A DNA stretch of 64,000 nucleotides from Flaccisagitta enflata (taxonomy: Eukaryota): NCBI GenBank assembly GCA_965153355.1, contig OZ231126.1:8432001-8496000 (forward strand). The letters run 5' to 3'. The notes below the pieces were generated by a model. That model had not been told where the DNA came from, made no database searches, and saw nothing but the letters and a program-made list of their open reading frames with translations. Position numbers and translations under genes: made by a program. Shown here piece by piece: positions 27,140 through 42,267 of the stretch (its first letter is position 1; every line of letters begins with the position of its first letter).

Positions 27140-27750
27140 GAAAACAAAGACTTCATGACATACAAATTGGGTAATTGTGCAGTGCCATCAGACCCAAGAA
27201 AGAAAACACATGACATAAGAATTGGATGAATGTGCTTAAGAGTCAAAAAAACAGAAGACATTATGTCATGAGAATTGGGTGGATGTATATCGCCTAAAGT
27301 GCCAACAAACAAAAGATATAATGACATTGGGTGATTGTGCAGCACCCTCAGACCCTGAAAATAAAAGACATGACAAGATTTAGATGAATGTGCTTAAGAG
27401 CCAAAAAACAAGACATCATGTCATGGGAATTAGGTGAATGTGCATTGCCTTTTAACAAGGCCGGATACACGGCAATCCAGTCGTGGACAGTGGGGCAGGA
27501 GCAGTAATGCAAAAACTGCTCGGAATTCAAAAATGTGACGGACGGACCGACGGACCGACATACCGACCTACCGACCGACAAGGCAAGGTGTAAAGTCGCG
27601 TGTCCGCGACTAATAATGCCAACAAACAAAAGACATCCGACCTGGGTGAATGTGTATTGCCTTAAGTGCCATCAAACAAAAGACGTAATGACATCCAACT
27701 TGGGTGAATGTGCAGTGCCTTGAGACCTCAGAAACAAAAGACTTGTTTTC
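27140..27750. repeat. Degenerate ~60-bp tandem repeat
   Basis: aaagac..catgac...aattgggtgaatgtgc units, interrupted by a family A element. Confidence 0.7.
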
Positions 27751-28459
27751 CATCAATATTTGATTACAAGAATCTTAAATTGGTGAATGTTGAAGAAGAT
27801 TGGAACAATGGAAGAAGCGCTTCCAGGCGTAACACAGTTAACTCACAATATATAAAAGGGAAGTACACTTATAATACGTCATTCCAAAGTCAGGATCCAT
27901 GTTTAATCTATGATATATTTGAAATAAAAGGTACCGAAAATGTAGTTACATGTGTGTCAACTGTACTGGTAGATTATTCTTTACAAACGTTTGACTGTAA
28001 AAACTATGAATAATATGATCACCGATGGTGCCAACTAAATGGGAAAACAAGGCCGGATAAACGGCAACCCAAGTTGCGTGCGGGACTGCGGGTGGGTAGG
28101 AGCAGTGATTATAAAAGGTTTCTTGGGTAAGGGCAGTAATGCAAAAAACGCCTGTGAACGCAAAAAATGAACTGTGACAGACAAACGGACCAACCAACTG
28201 ACCTACCGATCGACACTGCAGGTAATAGAACACGCAACAAAAAGTGCAAATGAGTTAGAAGAGTCAGAAAACAATCTCAACATATGTCAACTGGACAAGA
28301 AATGAAGTTTCAGAGATGAAAACAATCAAATCTGTCTTAGCGAGTGTGATAGCGCGATGGAGATTGGAGATCCCACTGAGTTAAGGACTGAAGAAGATTT
28401 ACGGTGAACTGGATTCTGCGGGTTAGAACTAATCTTACTTACGTCAGATAACCCAAGAT

Positions 28460-29150
28460 GAGATATGATGCCAGCTGTCTTGCGATGGTGTAATCATCGG
28501 CATGATTGTCGCTGTCATGATGGAATGATGTCAGCTGTGTAATCATTGGAATGATAGTAGCCGTCGCGATGGTAAAATGACTGAAATGATTGTAACTGTT
28601 GCGATGGAACCATGGTAGAAATGATGCCAGCTGTCTCACAAAGGTTTAATCATTGGAATTATTGTAGCTGTCATGATGGTATAATGATAGGTGCGTAGCC
28701 AGCTGTCTCACGATGGTGTGATTATTGGCATGTTGATAGCTGTCATGATGGTAAAATGACAGAATGTCTTGCAATAGTGTAATCATTGGAATGATACTTT
28801 CTATCGCGATGGCATAATTATTGGAATAATGTCAGCTGTGTTGTGAGGTGTAATCATTGGCATGATGATAGCTGTCATGATGGTATGATGATTGGAATGA
28901 TGTCAGCTGTTTCACTATGGTGTAATCATTGGAAGGGTAGTAATTGTCATGATGGTATATTGTTTGCAATGACGCTGGGATGATTGGGGTGCTAGCTATT
29001 GCCTTAGCATAATGAGTTTTGATAAGGATGATGGTTACTGTTGCAATGGTTTAATGATTGGTATGTTTGTAGCTGTCGCGATGGCAAAATGACAGGCATG
29101 ATGGTAGTTGTCGCCATTGCATAATGATTGAAATTGCCCTGAATGATTGA
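28460..29150. repeat. Degenerate ~40-bp tandem repeat
   Basis: atgat..cagctgtc...gatggt.taatcattgg units. Confidence 0.7.
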
Positions 29151-29156
29151 CCATAT

Positions 29157-31180
29157 TTGTCCGCGACGGAATACCATTCCGACGCGGACTATAATTCGAG
29201 GCGGGTGGGTGTCGTCGTTGTCGTCATCGTTGTTGTCGTCGTTGTCGTTGTCCACACTTAAAAATGGGCTAACTTTTGAACGCCTTGACCGATTTGCTTC
29301 ATATTTGGAGGGAAGTTGTGCTAGGGTAAGCCGCTTTACATCCTATGCGTATGTTATGATCCGACCCACCCAACCGGCCCAACCAGCCTACCAGCCTAAA
29401 AGTGAATAACGTGCATAACTTTGGCATTTTTCAACCGATTTGGCTGAAACTTGGTATGTAGTCTCTAAATGGAAGGACTTAACATATATATTTGATTTGT
29501 ACAGATTTTAGCATGTTAACCGGCCAAACCGGCCTACCACCCAACCAGCCTACCAGCCTAAAAGTGAAAAATGTGCATAACTTTGTCATTTTTCAACCAA
29601 TTTGGTTGAAACTCAGTATGTAGTCTCTAAATGAAAGAACTCAACATATGTATTTGAATTGTAAAGGTTTTAGCATGCTAACCGGCCAAACCAGCCTACC
29701 ACCCAACTAGCCTACCAGCCTAAAAGTGAAAAACATGCATAACTTGGGCATTATTCAACCAATTTGGTTGAAATTTGGTATGTAGTCTCTAAATGGAAGA
29801 ACTCAACATATGTATTTGAATTGTAAAGATTTTAGCATGCTAACAGGCCAAACCAGCCTACAACCCAACTAGCCTACCAGCCTGAAAGTGAAAAATGTGC
29901 ATAACTTCTGCATTTTTCAATCGATTTGGTTGAAACTTGGTAGGTAGTCTTTAAATGGAAAGAGTCAACATATGTATTTGAATTGTCAATATTTTGGCAT
30001 ACTAACCAGCCAAACCAGCCTACCACCCAACTAGCCTACCAGCTCAAAAGTGGAAAATGTGCATAACTTTGGCATTTTTCAACCAATTTGGTTCAAACTT
30101 GGTACGTAGTCCCTAAATGGAAGGACTCAACATATGAATTTGATTTATAAAGATTCTAGCATGCTAACTGGCCTACCAGCCAGCCAGCCTACCACCCTAA
30201 AAGTGAGAAATGTGCAAAACTTAAATCATTTTCAACCAATACGGTTAAGACTTGGTATGTAGACTCAAAATGAAACAACTCGATGTTTGTAAGTGATTTA
30301 ACACAATTTTGGCATGCTAGCTGGCAAAACCAGTTTATTGCTCAGCCACCCTACCTTCTTAAAAGTGAAAAAAAAAACTTGCATAATTTTGGCCGTCTTT
30401 CACCAGTTTGATTAAAACTTACTACAGAGACTAAATTGAAACAGCTTAACATATATTGTCTGACAATGCCATTTGACAATGCCGTTAGACAATGCCGTTC
30501 CACGATGCCATTTGACCATGCTATTTGACCATGCCGTTGACCATGCCGGTTGACAATGTTGTTTGACAATGTCATTCGACAATGTCGTTTGACAATGTCG
30601 TTTGACAATGTCGTTTGACAATGTCATTTGACAATGTTGTTTGACAATATCGTTTGACAATGTCGTTCCACAATGTTGTTCCACAATGTTGTTCGACAAT
30701 GTCGTTTGACAACGTCGTTTGACAATGTCATTTGACAACGCCGTTTGACAACGTCATTTGACAACGTCGTTTGACAACGTCATTTGACAACGTCGTTTGA
30801 CAACGTCGTTTGACAACGCCATTTGACAACGCCGTTTGACAACGCCGTTTGACAACGCCGTTTGACAACGCCGTTTGACAACGCCGTTTGACAACGCCGT
30901 TTGACAATGCCATTTGACAACACCATTTGACAACGCCGTTTGACAACGCCATTTGACAACGCCGTTTGACGTATTACAACGCCTTATTACAACACAGTAT
31001 TACAACGCCGTATTACAACGCCGCATTACAACGCCGCATTATAACGCCGCATTACAACGCCGCATGACAACGCCATTTGACAACGCCGTTTGACAACGCC
31101 GTTTGACAACGCCGTTTGACAACGCCGTTTGTCAACGCTGATTGACCCCAGTCGCGGACCCATACTCTTTCAAGATTTTT
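29157..31180 (+). mobile_element. Helentron-like element carrying ~162-bp (about 7 copies) and 13-bp arrays
   Basis: tttgtccgcgac ... gtcgcggac inverted motif; 162-bp units at 29365-30440; gtttgacaacgcc units at 30460-31140. Confidence 0.7.
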
Positions 31181-32598
31181 TTGCTTACCCAATAACATGG
31201 AAGTCATTCTTGGAGTCCAGTATTCGCACCTCAAAAGCCCCAAAAATAAAACCTCATATGGTAATTTTCTCCTCTTCTATGCGTTGACCATGTTATGGGT
31301 TAAGCACCCTCAGAAGCAACCTCCCCTCAAACTCCATCTCCCTTACCCCTCCCACCACCCCTTTTGAATATCCACTCCGCCTACGAGGGTCATGTTTGGA
31401 CTTAAGCACCCTCAAAAGCCTTAACTTAAGGCTTAAGCGCCACTGATTCGAGTGGATTAAAGTCGTCGTCACGTGAGCACACGTTTAGGCAGAAGCTCCT
31501 TTGTTCGAGTGAGCAAACCGATGCGTGACGGAACATCAGAATGGAAAAACAGAGAGAGAGAGTAATAGAATAAGGGCGCGTTTCTAGTCACTGATAACCG
31601 CATTTTTTTTTTCAAGCCCCTTGGTTGCTCGCTACGTTCCCTAGTTTTGCAGCGCTCTGCTTCATTTTGCTTGCTCTGTTCACGAGCTTGCTCACTCACT
31701 TCTTCTCAGTCGTGGGACAGGGGATATGTGTGTTCACGCTGTAAACATGGTTAACAGGGATGATTGCGTTTTTTGTCGTCACTAGAAACACCCCCAAAGA
31801 GTTCCGCTGATGGAGAATGAGAGCAGTGGAAAAGAGTAGGACGATAGAGGCTATGGACTATGGACGAAAAGGAAGCAGTTGGGGGCGACAGGTTTGAAAA
31901 GGGTCAAGCGGAGAAGGAAAAGGGAAAGGGAACTGAAGATGGTGACTTACGGGAAAGAGAGGATGTGGAGGAGATGGGATCGGCAGAGCTAGAGAAATGA
32001 AAGAAAGAGAAAGGGGTTGATAGAGAAATAAAAGAAAGAGAAAGGGGTTTCGGGGCTTCCGGAGAGACGAAATGTGAGAAAGATAAGCTTGCACAGTTGG
32101 AAGAGAACGAGAGCGAGGGAGGAAAAGGGGTTCGCGGGAGAGTTGGAAAGTGAGAATGATGAGGTTGCACAGATAAACGCGGATGGAAGGAAGGAAAAGC
32201 GGGTTGCAGGAAAGCAGTGGGGGACCTCAATTGAGAAAAGAATGAAACTTGGGTGAGAGTGGTGAGGAAAGTTTAGTAAATGATAATTACGACATTCCTC
32301 TTGGACGGTAACGCCTTTATACTAAAATGTTTATCACGTGAGCATGCGACCTGTTTCTATAGAAACGGTGACAATCATGATGTATTAAACAGAGAGAAAT
32401 GAGTCGCTTTCAGCTTCATCAGCGTTATCTGTCAAATGACAACGAACGCAGAGACTAGGAGACTAGACTCTTCATCAATCACTGAATCAGCGCAACAGAG
32501 AAGGAGAATGAAGAGAAATAAGGCTTGAAAACCTTCCGAAAAGCCTTCGGAATAAAATTAGCAGCACGGACCTAATTACCTATTTCATATGTACCTAC

Positions 32599-32743
32599 CT
32601 ACAGACACACCCTCTCGCAGAGATGCGAGGAAACATCCAAAAGGCGGCGCCTAATTCGAGTCTTAGATGGAATTTACTTCCTGTCTTGAATGCGTTTCTA
32701 ACTCTGATTTCGTCAATCGTCATTGTTGCTGCCTTGCATCTTG
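32599..32743 (-). CDS. Candidate exon of the fukutin/LicD-like locus
   Basis: CAACAG acceptor, GTAGGT donor; RCKAATMTIDEIRVRNAFKTGSKFHLRLELGAAFWMFPRISARGCVC; the AF....F.L...LG pattern resembles the post-DxD region of fukutin-like proteins. Confidence 0.35.
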
Positions 32744-33145
32744 CTGTTGAGACAACGAGCAGGGGAGAAAGGGGGAAGGAGAAGCGGGGGGATGGGGGTA
32801 GAAAATGGTTGCTGCCATGCATCTTGCTGTTGAGACAACGAACAGGGGAGAAAGGGGGAGGGGGAGAAGCGGGGGGATGGGGGTAGAAAATGGTTGCTGC
32901 CTTACATCTTGCTGTTGAGTTAACTAACAGGGGAAAAGGGGGGTAGGAGAAGTGGGGGGTGGGGATGGGGGGCCGAAAATGGTGGCTGCCTTGCATCCTC
33001 CGTTTCTCTCGTGACAACTGACAGCTGAGGAGGAGAGGTGGAGGACTGGAGATAGGATGGGGGGCCGAAAATGGTGGCTGCCTTGCATCCTCCGTTTCTC
33101 TCGTGACAACTGACAGCTGAGGAGGAGAGGTGGAGGACTGGAGAT
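32725..33145 (-). repeat. ~85-90-bp tandem repeat (5 copies) overlapping a candidate splice acceptor
   Basis: Plus-strand units gttgctgccttgcatcttgctgttgag...gggg; the first unit overlaps candidate exon 32599-32743. Confidence 0.8.
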
Positions 33146-33288
33146 AGTTTAGAAAAAAGTCGAAGAGACGAAGTCCCTTCGGTCTTTTTGAGTCCTGCAG
33201 AGAAAAACGGATTTCCCTTTGTTTTATGAGTCGTTTGGGAAAGTTGATGCATTTTGGGGGCAGAATGGGACTACGCATGAAATTAATA

Positions 33289-34051
33289 CCCTGCTTTCAA
33301 TATCGAGTGTTACCAGCTATACCTTTATTGCGTCTAAAGTATATATTTTTGGAAATTCAGGTAGGATTTGCCAAAAAGCATATAACCTACCATTTGTTCA
33401 TGCAAAATTTCAAAGGACTGGCTCAAGCTGTTTGGCTTCCACATGATTTTAAATGAAAATGAGATAAACCCCATTAGAGGATTTTTTAAAAAATTGATTA
33501 ACTGACACTGTGACATTGAATCATTGTCATTTCAAAACGAATCAAGCAAAAATGGCCAGATTTGTCTTGAAAGAAGGATATTAGTCTCAGTTTATGTATC
33601 TCTGTAGAAAAAGACCAAATCTTTGAAATCTATGTGGAAAATCTGGGTTTTCCTTTGAATTTTTGAAGTTTGAGCAGGTTTCAAATAACAACAACTGTAT
33701 TTCAGCGCCAAAATTCTTAAAGAATGGTGAAAAGCTAAAATGATACAAATTAAGTGTCAATTATTGACTATTCATAACTTATTTGGTCATTCCAGCTCAT
33801 GATGCACAAAGTTTATAAGGGTTCATACATATAAAATCGCTCAAAAATGTGTTTTTTTGGCAAATTTTGCTCAAATTTTAACAAATTTCAAAAACATGTG
33901 GACGATAAACCGCTAGACCCAGCATGACGAAATTTTGTATGAAATAATGGTAAGTTATGTGCTTTCAGACAAAACCAACCGGATTTTTAAAAAATAAATA
34001 CTTTAGGCGCAATAAAGCTTTTGCTGGTAACACTCGATATTGAAAGCAGGG
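33289..34051. mobile_element. MITE related to 238-1000, TIR CCCTGCTTTCAATATCGAGTGTTACCAGC, TA TSD
   Basis: TIRs at both ends, TA flanks, shared internal gcatataacctaccattt.ttcatgcaaaatttcaaag. Confidence 0.9.
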
Positions 34052-34496
34052 TAGCTAAGAAAGAGCTAATTCTCCTCTTTCAGATGACGCCAAGCAAAAT
34101 TCTGTGCGATTGATAGTTTTGGAGCTACAATTTTTTAAATCTTTTTATATTTTTTCACATTTTTCCCTAAAACAAAGAATCGAATTAGTTGAAGTTTATT
34201 TGAACTTTGAAATGTCCTAGGTGATGACTGTGCATCCTGGCAGCACAGTCTCTCTCTCATTTAAACTCTGGACACTATAAGAGGCTTTGTCCGTCAGTCC
34301 ATCCATTGGTCTGATGGTCTGTCTGTCCGTCCAAGTGGAAAAACAAGCGGTCTAGGTGATTGTGTGTGGGGGTTGAGGTTGGGGTGTGGATGGGGGTTGG
34401 ATGCCTCTGTAAACCTGTCCGCAACGATATTGTAACCCCGTGTTACATGATGGAAGGGGAGAGAGAGAAAGAAGGGGAGAGAGAAAATCAGAATGG

Positions 34497-34528
<32 letters not shown>

Positions 34529-35008
34529 AAGAGAGAAAGAGATGGGCAAACAAAGAACAATCAGAGAAACACATGTAGAGAGTGGAATAAACCAAAAAGA
34601 TGCCCAAAGAAAAAAAGGCAATCAACCAGACAAAACAAAATCACAAAAAAGTCACGACTTACGACTTTTTTCCTACGGCGAGAGCCGCCTTTATTGGTAG
34701 GTCTGTAGGTGTTGTTGTCGTTGTTATTACTGCCATGTATGTTGCTGTATTCATGACAACCGAGGAAGAATAAGACTCACTTTATAAAACGCTTATCGCA
34801 TTGCTCTGCCGCTCACTTATTCTCTCAGCCTATTCTACCACTCCGCATCTCGCCATTTCCAGTTCAACTGACACTTTCCCTTTCGTCAAATCGGCCTCTT
34901 TCTTTTGTGGGAGGTTAGTTAAGCTCTGACATATTTGACAGTTCCCGTTGACTAACTTACCGCGGTCCTTTCCATTCCTGACTCACTCAAGCTTTAGCCT
35001 TCGCTTAC

Positions 35009-35209
35009 TTTCACGGCGGTTGACCTTAGTCAGATTCTTCTTACTCCAACTCCTTTTCTTCGCTTCTTGACACACTTCAGAGAGTTTTGAAATGGAATCT
35101 CTTTTTCCTTTTCCCCGAAAAATGGTCTCATCGTCATTCTTAGACCCTCCGTTTGTCCATCCGTCACTCAGAGAATCATGGCTCGCCTCCCTCCCCTGAC
35201 CGTCGTTGA
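35009..35209 (-). CDS. Candidate exon, unknown product
   Basis: TTTTAG acceptor, GTAAGC donor, 66 open codons (NDGQGREASHDSLSDGWTNGG...KVNRRE), phase 1/1, unique non-repetitive sequence. Confidence 0.35.
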
Positions 35210-37636
35210 CTAAAAGTTAGAGCTTTTTTGTCGTCCCTGGTCCTTCTTTGAGACTTAGTGTCCTCCCTTGTCCGTCTTTGAATCTTTTTATACTCATTTG
35301 TCCGTCTTTGACCCTTTTTGGGCAGCGGCCCCAAAGGGCCGATGTCCTGTAGAACACAGGGGAGAATTTCCATACGTCCGTCCGTCCTTCCGTCCCCCCC
35401 CCCGTTGGCCATCAAGGCCTCAAATTTGCCCTCCCAGCCCTAAATTTAGCCCTCCAGGCCTCAAATCAGCCTTCTAGGCTTCAAATCAGCCCCCCCCCGC
35501 CTCAAATCTGACCTACAGACCTCAGATCTGCCCTCCAGACCTTCAACTAGGCCTCCAAGCATCAAATCAGCCCTCTGTGGCTCAAATTTGCCCTCCAAAC
35601 CTCAACTCCACTCTCAAAGCCTCAATTCTGCCCTCCAGCCTTCAAATATGCCTTCTTTGGCCTGAATCAGTCATCTATTGCCAGAAATGTGGACGTATGG
35701 AAATTCCCCCCTGTGTTCTACAGGACATCGGCCCTTTGGGGCCGCTGCCCTGCTCTCACTCCACTTCTTCACTGGATCACTCCCAGCAGGGCATCGGGTA
35801 CCGCTGACCATGTGTGATCCTTGGATGACTAGTTGTCCTCCCTCACTCTTCCTGAAGTCTTTTTGTCCTCCCTTGTCCGTCTTTGAATCTTTTTGGGCAG
35901 CGGCCCCGAAGGGGACAAAGTCCTGTAGAACACAGGGGGACTTTCGTCCGTCCGTCCGTCCGTCCGTCATTCCGTTTGTCCCCCAGGCTCTCTCAGGCCT
36001 GAAATTTGCCCTCTCAGGCCTGAAATCTACCTCTCAGGCCTGTAATCTGCCCTCTCAGGCCTTGAATCTGCCCTCTCAGGTCTGAAATCTGCCGTTTCAG
36101 GCCTGAAATCTCTCCTTTCAGGCCTTATCCCCGCTCTCACAGATTCAAGGCCTGCGAGGGCAGATTTCAGGCCTGAGAGGGTAGATTTCAGGCCTGAGAG
36201 GACAAATTTCAGGCCTGAGAGGGCCTGGGGGGGGGGCGGACGGAATGACGGACGGATGGAGGGATGGACGGGTGAAAGTTCTCCTGTGTTCTAAAGGACT
36301 TCGTCCCCTTTGGCGTCGCTGCCCTGCTTCCTCTTACTCCAATTTACAATCATGCAAAGCAGGGCAACGGGTATGACCACATATTGCCTTTGGGCGACCT
36401 GTTTTCTTTCTTTGACTCTTTTTGTCATCCTTCACTTGTCCTGGAGTCTTTTTGTCCTCCCTTGTCCGGCTTTGAGCCTTTATTTCCTCCCTTATCCAAC
36501 GTCCGTCTTTCAGCCTTCCTTGTCCGTCTTTGAGTCTTTGTGTCCCCTCATGCCCATGGCCATTTTTAGTGTTTGTGTCCTCCCTTGTCCGTCTTGATCG
36601 GGAAAAAAGTTGAAGTCAGTCTTCGACTTTTTGACATATTCAAGAGAAACAGGGTTATCATTTTCTTATGTGAAAGTTGAGGGTATTAATCGAGCGATTG
36701 AGGCCTCCAATGATATCGATGTGGTAAGTAAATTTGATAATTCGCTTTCATTTGGCGCCAAGCAGAATGCTCTAGGACAAATATTTTTTGCGCTATGATT
36801 TTTTAAAGATTTATTTACAAAAAATTTGAATGGAATTTTTTTCAATTTTATATGATTTTGTGTAGGATCAATTAATTGAGTATGAAAATACAAAAAAATA
36901 AAATATGTTTATGAGCACAGCTGCTCATCTGTGAGGGCGTTTTGGAGCATTTTAGCTCATTTAGCTCACTTAGCTCAATCTATTCTTTCTGATTTCAAAT
37001 ACGATAAATGAATAAATATTTCTATACTTGTTTAAGCAAGCAAATAAAAAAAACATGTCAGGGAGCAGAGCTGCTCATCTATGAGAGCGTTTTCAAGTAT
37101 TTTAGCTCATTTAGTTCATTTAGCTTGCACTTTTTGTCTGATCTTAAATAGGATAGATAAATTGATGTTTTGATTTAAGCATGCAAATACAAGAAAGCAT
37201 GACAGTGAGCAAAGCTGGTTGTCTGGTTGAATCATTTGGAATATTTTATCTCATCTCGCTCATTTTGCTCAGTCCTATTTTTCTCTGATTTTCAGTGCAG
37301 TCAATACATTGTACGTCTATTTGTCTATACGCCCATGCTAGTAAGGAAGGCAAAGACTTGGGTTCAACGCAAATGCAAAATTACAAGAAAAGATATCATA
37401 ACGCGATCACATAAGATTATTACATTGCAATGGATAATTTCGAATTAATATGATGTATTCATAAATAACTGGTGTAACCTTGAGCGTGACTGACCTACAT
37501 GCCAACGTAGGAATCCTTGTCCAAGCGACTTAACATAAGAAAAGTGGCGGTTTTTGAGTAAGCACAAGTTGACAAGGACAATTTTGGTTGAGTTACCACC
37601 AAAGCGCAGAGATGGAAAAAGAGGGCTGACCCCACA

Positions 37637-38190
<554 letters not shown>

Positions 38191-38393
38191 TGGGACAAAG
38201 TGAGACACAAAGAGTCACCTAGACAGAGAGAGACGTAGTGAGATGGAGACAGAGAGAAACAGACAGACTAAGATAGAAAGAGACAATAACAAAGAGAGAC
38301 ATTGACAGACAGACAACCACAGAGAGCAGGAGATTCCTGTGAGTAGCCTTGAGCAAAAACAACCGACTGGACGGCCTTGAGACCAAAGGCATA

Positions 38394-38468
<75 letters not shown>

Positions 38469-39947
38469 AGAGAGACTGAGAAAGACTGAGAGAGACTGAG
38501 AGAGATTTAAGCTTTGTTGCTGCTGAAAAAAAAACTACTAAAACATGAACTTGGACAAAGAAGAACAAAGAATAAAGAACATGAATGGGAGAGACAAGGT
38601 TGGATACACTGCTACCCATGTCACGTGCGGGTGGAAACAGACAGTGATGAAGCGGGACAAAAAGGGATTTGGGCAGGAGCTGTTATGCAAAAATCGCCCG
38701 TGAAGGTGGAAAAAGCAGCTACCGACCGACCAACCGATTGAATGACTGCACTGACGGACGGATCCGCATACCTGCAGACAAGCGGGTTATTGAGTCTAGG
38801 GCCCGGTGTTAAAAAGCAAAGACGGGCTTATGCTTTAGTGCTCATGTACTGAAAGGTAAAAGGAAACAGAGAAGTAATGTGTGTAGATGAAGAGATTTAA
38901 GGAAACCTCGAGCAACAGATGGGTCAGCGGCTCATGATGCTAATGCATTTGTAATCCGAGGAGCAAGCCCTTATGATTTGATGACCAATGTATAAGCAAC
39001 ACAGGGAAAGCGAAAACAAGCCCGACCGGGCCACGATGCGTCCGGGCTGTGTCTCAGCATGTATTGATCATGTGACATATTGGAGAGACAGATGAATAGA
39101 CTCTCAAAACATATTGGTTGATCATTTGTTTCAGTGACGGATCTCACCGTGGCCTAAAACAGCCGAGAAACGCGGTTTTTGCACAGGCGTTACGGACCAA
39201 CGGACGGACCGACGGACCAACGGACAGACAGACCCTCTTATAGAGATGCGTTCCTGACGGACGCATCTAAAAAGGTGGCAGACAGAGAATGTGGTACTGG
39301 CAGACACGTAGTGAAAGATGCTGACAGACTAACAAAGAATGAGATATTGTCATTGATGGACAAAGAAAGAATCAGATACTGACAGGCAGTAAGACGAACA
39401 TAGCGAAGGACTGAAAGGACGTCAGACTGACAGAGAGGGATATACTGACGGTCAGAGAAACAAGGCTGGATAGACGGCTACCGAAATCGCGTGATGGTTG
39501 GCAGGGGCAGTGATAAAAAAGCTAACCAAGCATTTGGGCAGGAGCGATAACGCAAAAAAACGCCAAACGATACCAAAAAAGCAAAGTGTTACCGAAGGAC
39601 GGACCGAAGGACGGACCGAAGGACGGACCGAAGGACGGACCGACGGACGGACCGACATAGCGGCTTATGGAGTCTCGTGCACGCGACTAAAAATCAGTTA
39701 CTAATGGACAGATCTAGAAAGAAACTGACAGTGACAGATTGAGTGAGAATGAGGTACTGGCGGACTGACAGAGAATGTGATACCGAAGGTTAGAGAAGGA
39801 ATAAAAGAGACTGTGAAATAGAAACAAACGCAGAGAGAGAAAGAGATTGGGTTTGTGTTAAAGGTTTACAGGATGGAATCAGTCACTCGAATTTGTGACA
39901 GGTTTTTGTGGATTCCACCAAACATAAAAAGATCCGTCAGCATCAAC

Positions 39948-40595
39948 GTTTATCATTCTTTCCCATTCTTTCCCATTCTTTCTTTCTCTTTTGTTTATCA
40001 TTCCTACTCATTCTTTCTTTCTCTTTTGTTTATCATTCTTTCCCATCCTTTCTTTCTCTTTTGTTTATCATTCCTACTCATTCTTTCTTTCTCTTTTGTT
40101 TATCATTCCTTCTCATTCTTTCTTTCTCTTTTGTTTATCATTCCTTCTCATTCTTTCTTTCTCTTTTGTTTACCTTTCCTTCTCATTCTTTCTTTCTCTT
40201 TTGTTTATCATTCCTTCTCATTCTTTCTTTCTCTTTTGTTTATCATTCCTTCTCATTCTTTCTTTCTCTTTTGTTTATCATTCCTTCTCATTCTTTCCAT
40301 CTCTTTTGTTTATCATTCCTTCTCATTCTTTCTTTCTCTTTTGTTTAACATTCTTTCCCATTCTTTCTTTCTCTTCTGTTTATCATTCTTTCCCATTCTT
40401 TCTTTCTCTTTTGTTTATCATTTCTTCTCATTCTTTCTTTCTCTTTTGTTTATCATTCCTTCTCATTCTTTCTTTCTTTTGTTTATCATTCCTTCCCATT
40501 CTTTCTTTCTCTTTTGTTTATCATTCCTTCTCATTCTTTCTATCTCTTTTGTTCATCATTCCTTCTCATTCTTTCTTTCTCTTTCATTTATCATT
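39948..40595. repeat. 35-bp CT-rich minisatellite, about 18 copies
   Basis: ttgtttatcattccttctcattctttctttctctt units. Confidence 0.93.
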
Positions 40596-40861
40596 ATTGC
40601 CTCTATTTTCCTTTATTCTAAACTCTGTTTTTGCAGTTGTTATTTTGTTTTGTTTTGTTTTGTTTTGTTTTGCTGCTTTTTAGTTGCGGACACGTAACTC
40701 TACAAGATAAGAGGCTAATTTGCTTATTCGCTTACCTGGATACCTTGAAAGCCTAATAAGAGACACATTCATAGGAAATGCCTTTTATTATTCACGGAAT
40801 ATCATCATTCTTAAACAATTTAGTTACAGTCTAAATAGTTATATGAGATCACCATTCACTA

Positions 40862-40965
<104 letters not shown>

Positions 40966-41538
40966 AAAAAGAAACGGAGTGTAAGAAAGATAGAAAGATT
41001 ATGTTTGTAAGTAGTAGCTTGCTTCAATCACCCTTGTTTGTGCCATATCTCGATTATTAATGAAACGAAAAAAGAAACTTGTTGCTTGATAACCCGTCAC
41101 CATCTATACTGTATCAATACATTAATACTGCAAGGGCACTGATGCTCCTCCAATAGCAATCAAAGGTGACTTCTTTTATCACTAATTGACGCCAGAGGAT
41201 TGGAAGAAAAAAAAACATGAAAACAATGAAAAAAATCAGAAAAAAAGGGCAAGTTCAACTCGCAACAACTACCATAACGGTTTAATGAGGGGATTTGAAA
41301 AAAAGATCTACTTAGAAGAAAAATTCTTATTTTTGACTCATGACCAGTTGACCAATTGACCAGTTAACCAGTCGACCACTACGCCTCAAATTGACTAGTT
41401 CGCGGGACATTTTATAAACTCAGACAGTAACAACGCTTTGCCGCAATAAAAGTACGTGATGCAAAATGCTTCCGATCAGATCTTTATGTATGTGACGTAA
41501 TGATCAATCATTGTCATAGACTCATAGTTATCATTACT

Positions 41539-42020
<482 letters not shown>

Positions 42021-42194
42021 CTGTCTCAGGTAACTTTTTTTAGTGAAATAATGTAAGATGACTCACTAAACAGCGCTCTTGAAGTTTTTTTTCCTTCTTT
42101 TCTTTCTTTTTTCCTTCTTGTCTTTCTTTTTTCCTTCTTGTCTTTCTTTTTTCCTTCTTTCTTTTTTCCTTCTTTCTTTTATTCTTTCTTTCAT

Positions 42195-42267
<73 letters not shown>

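Noticed and set aside
27708-28013. 101-aa plus-strand ORF
   Set aside because: No recognisable motif or convincing splice context; it starts within a tandem repeat.
40730-40860. Possible LicD N-terminal exon (KLFKNDDIP..LLG)
   Set aside because: Has a good GTAAGC donor but stops in every frame tried; similarity too weak to call.
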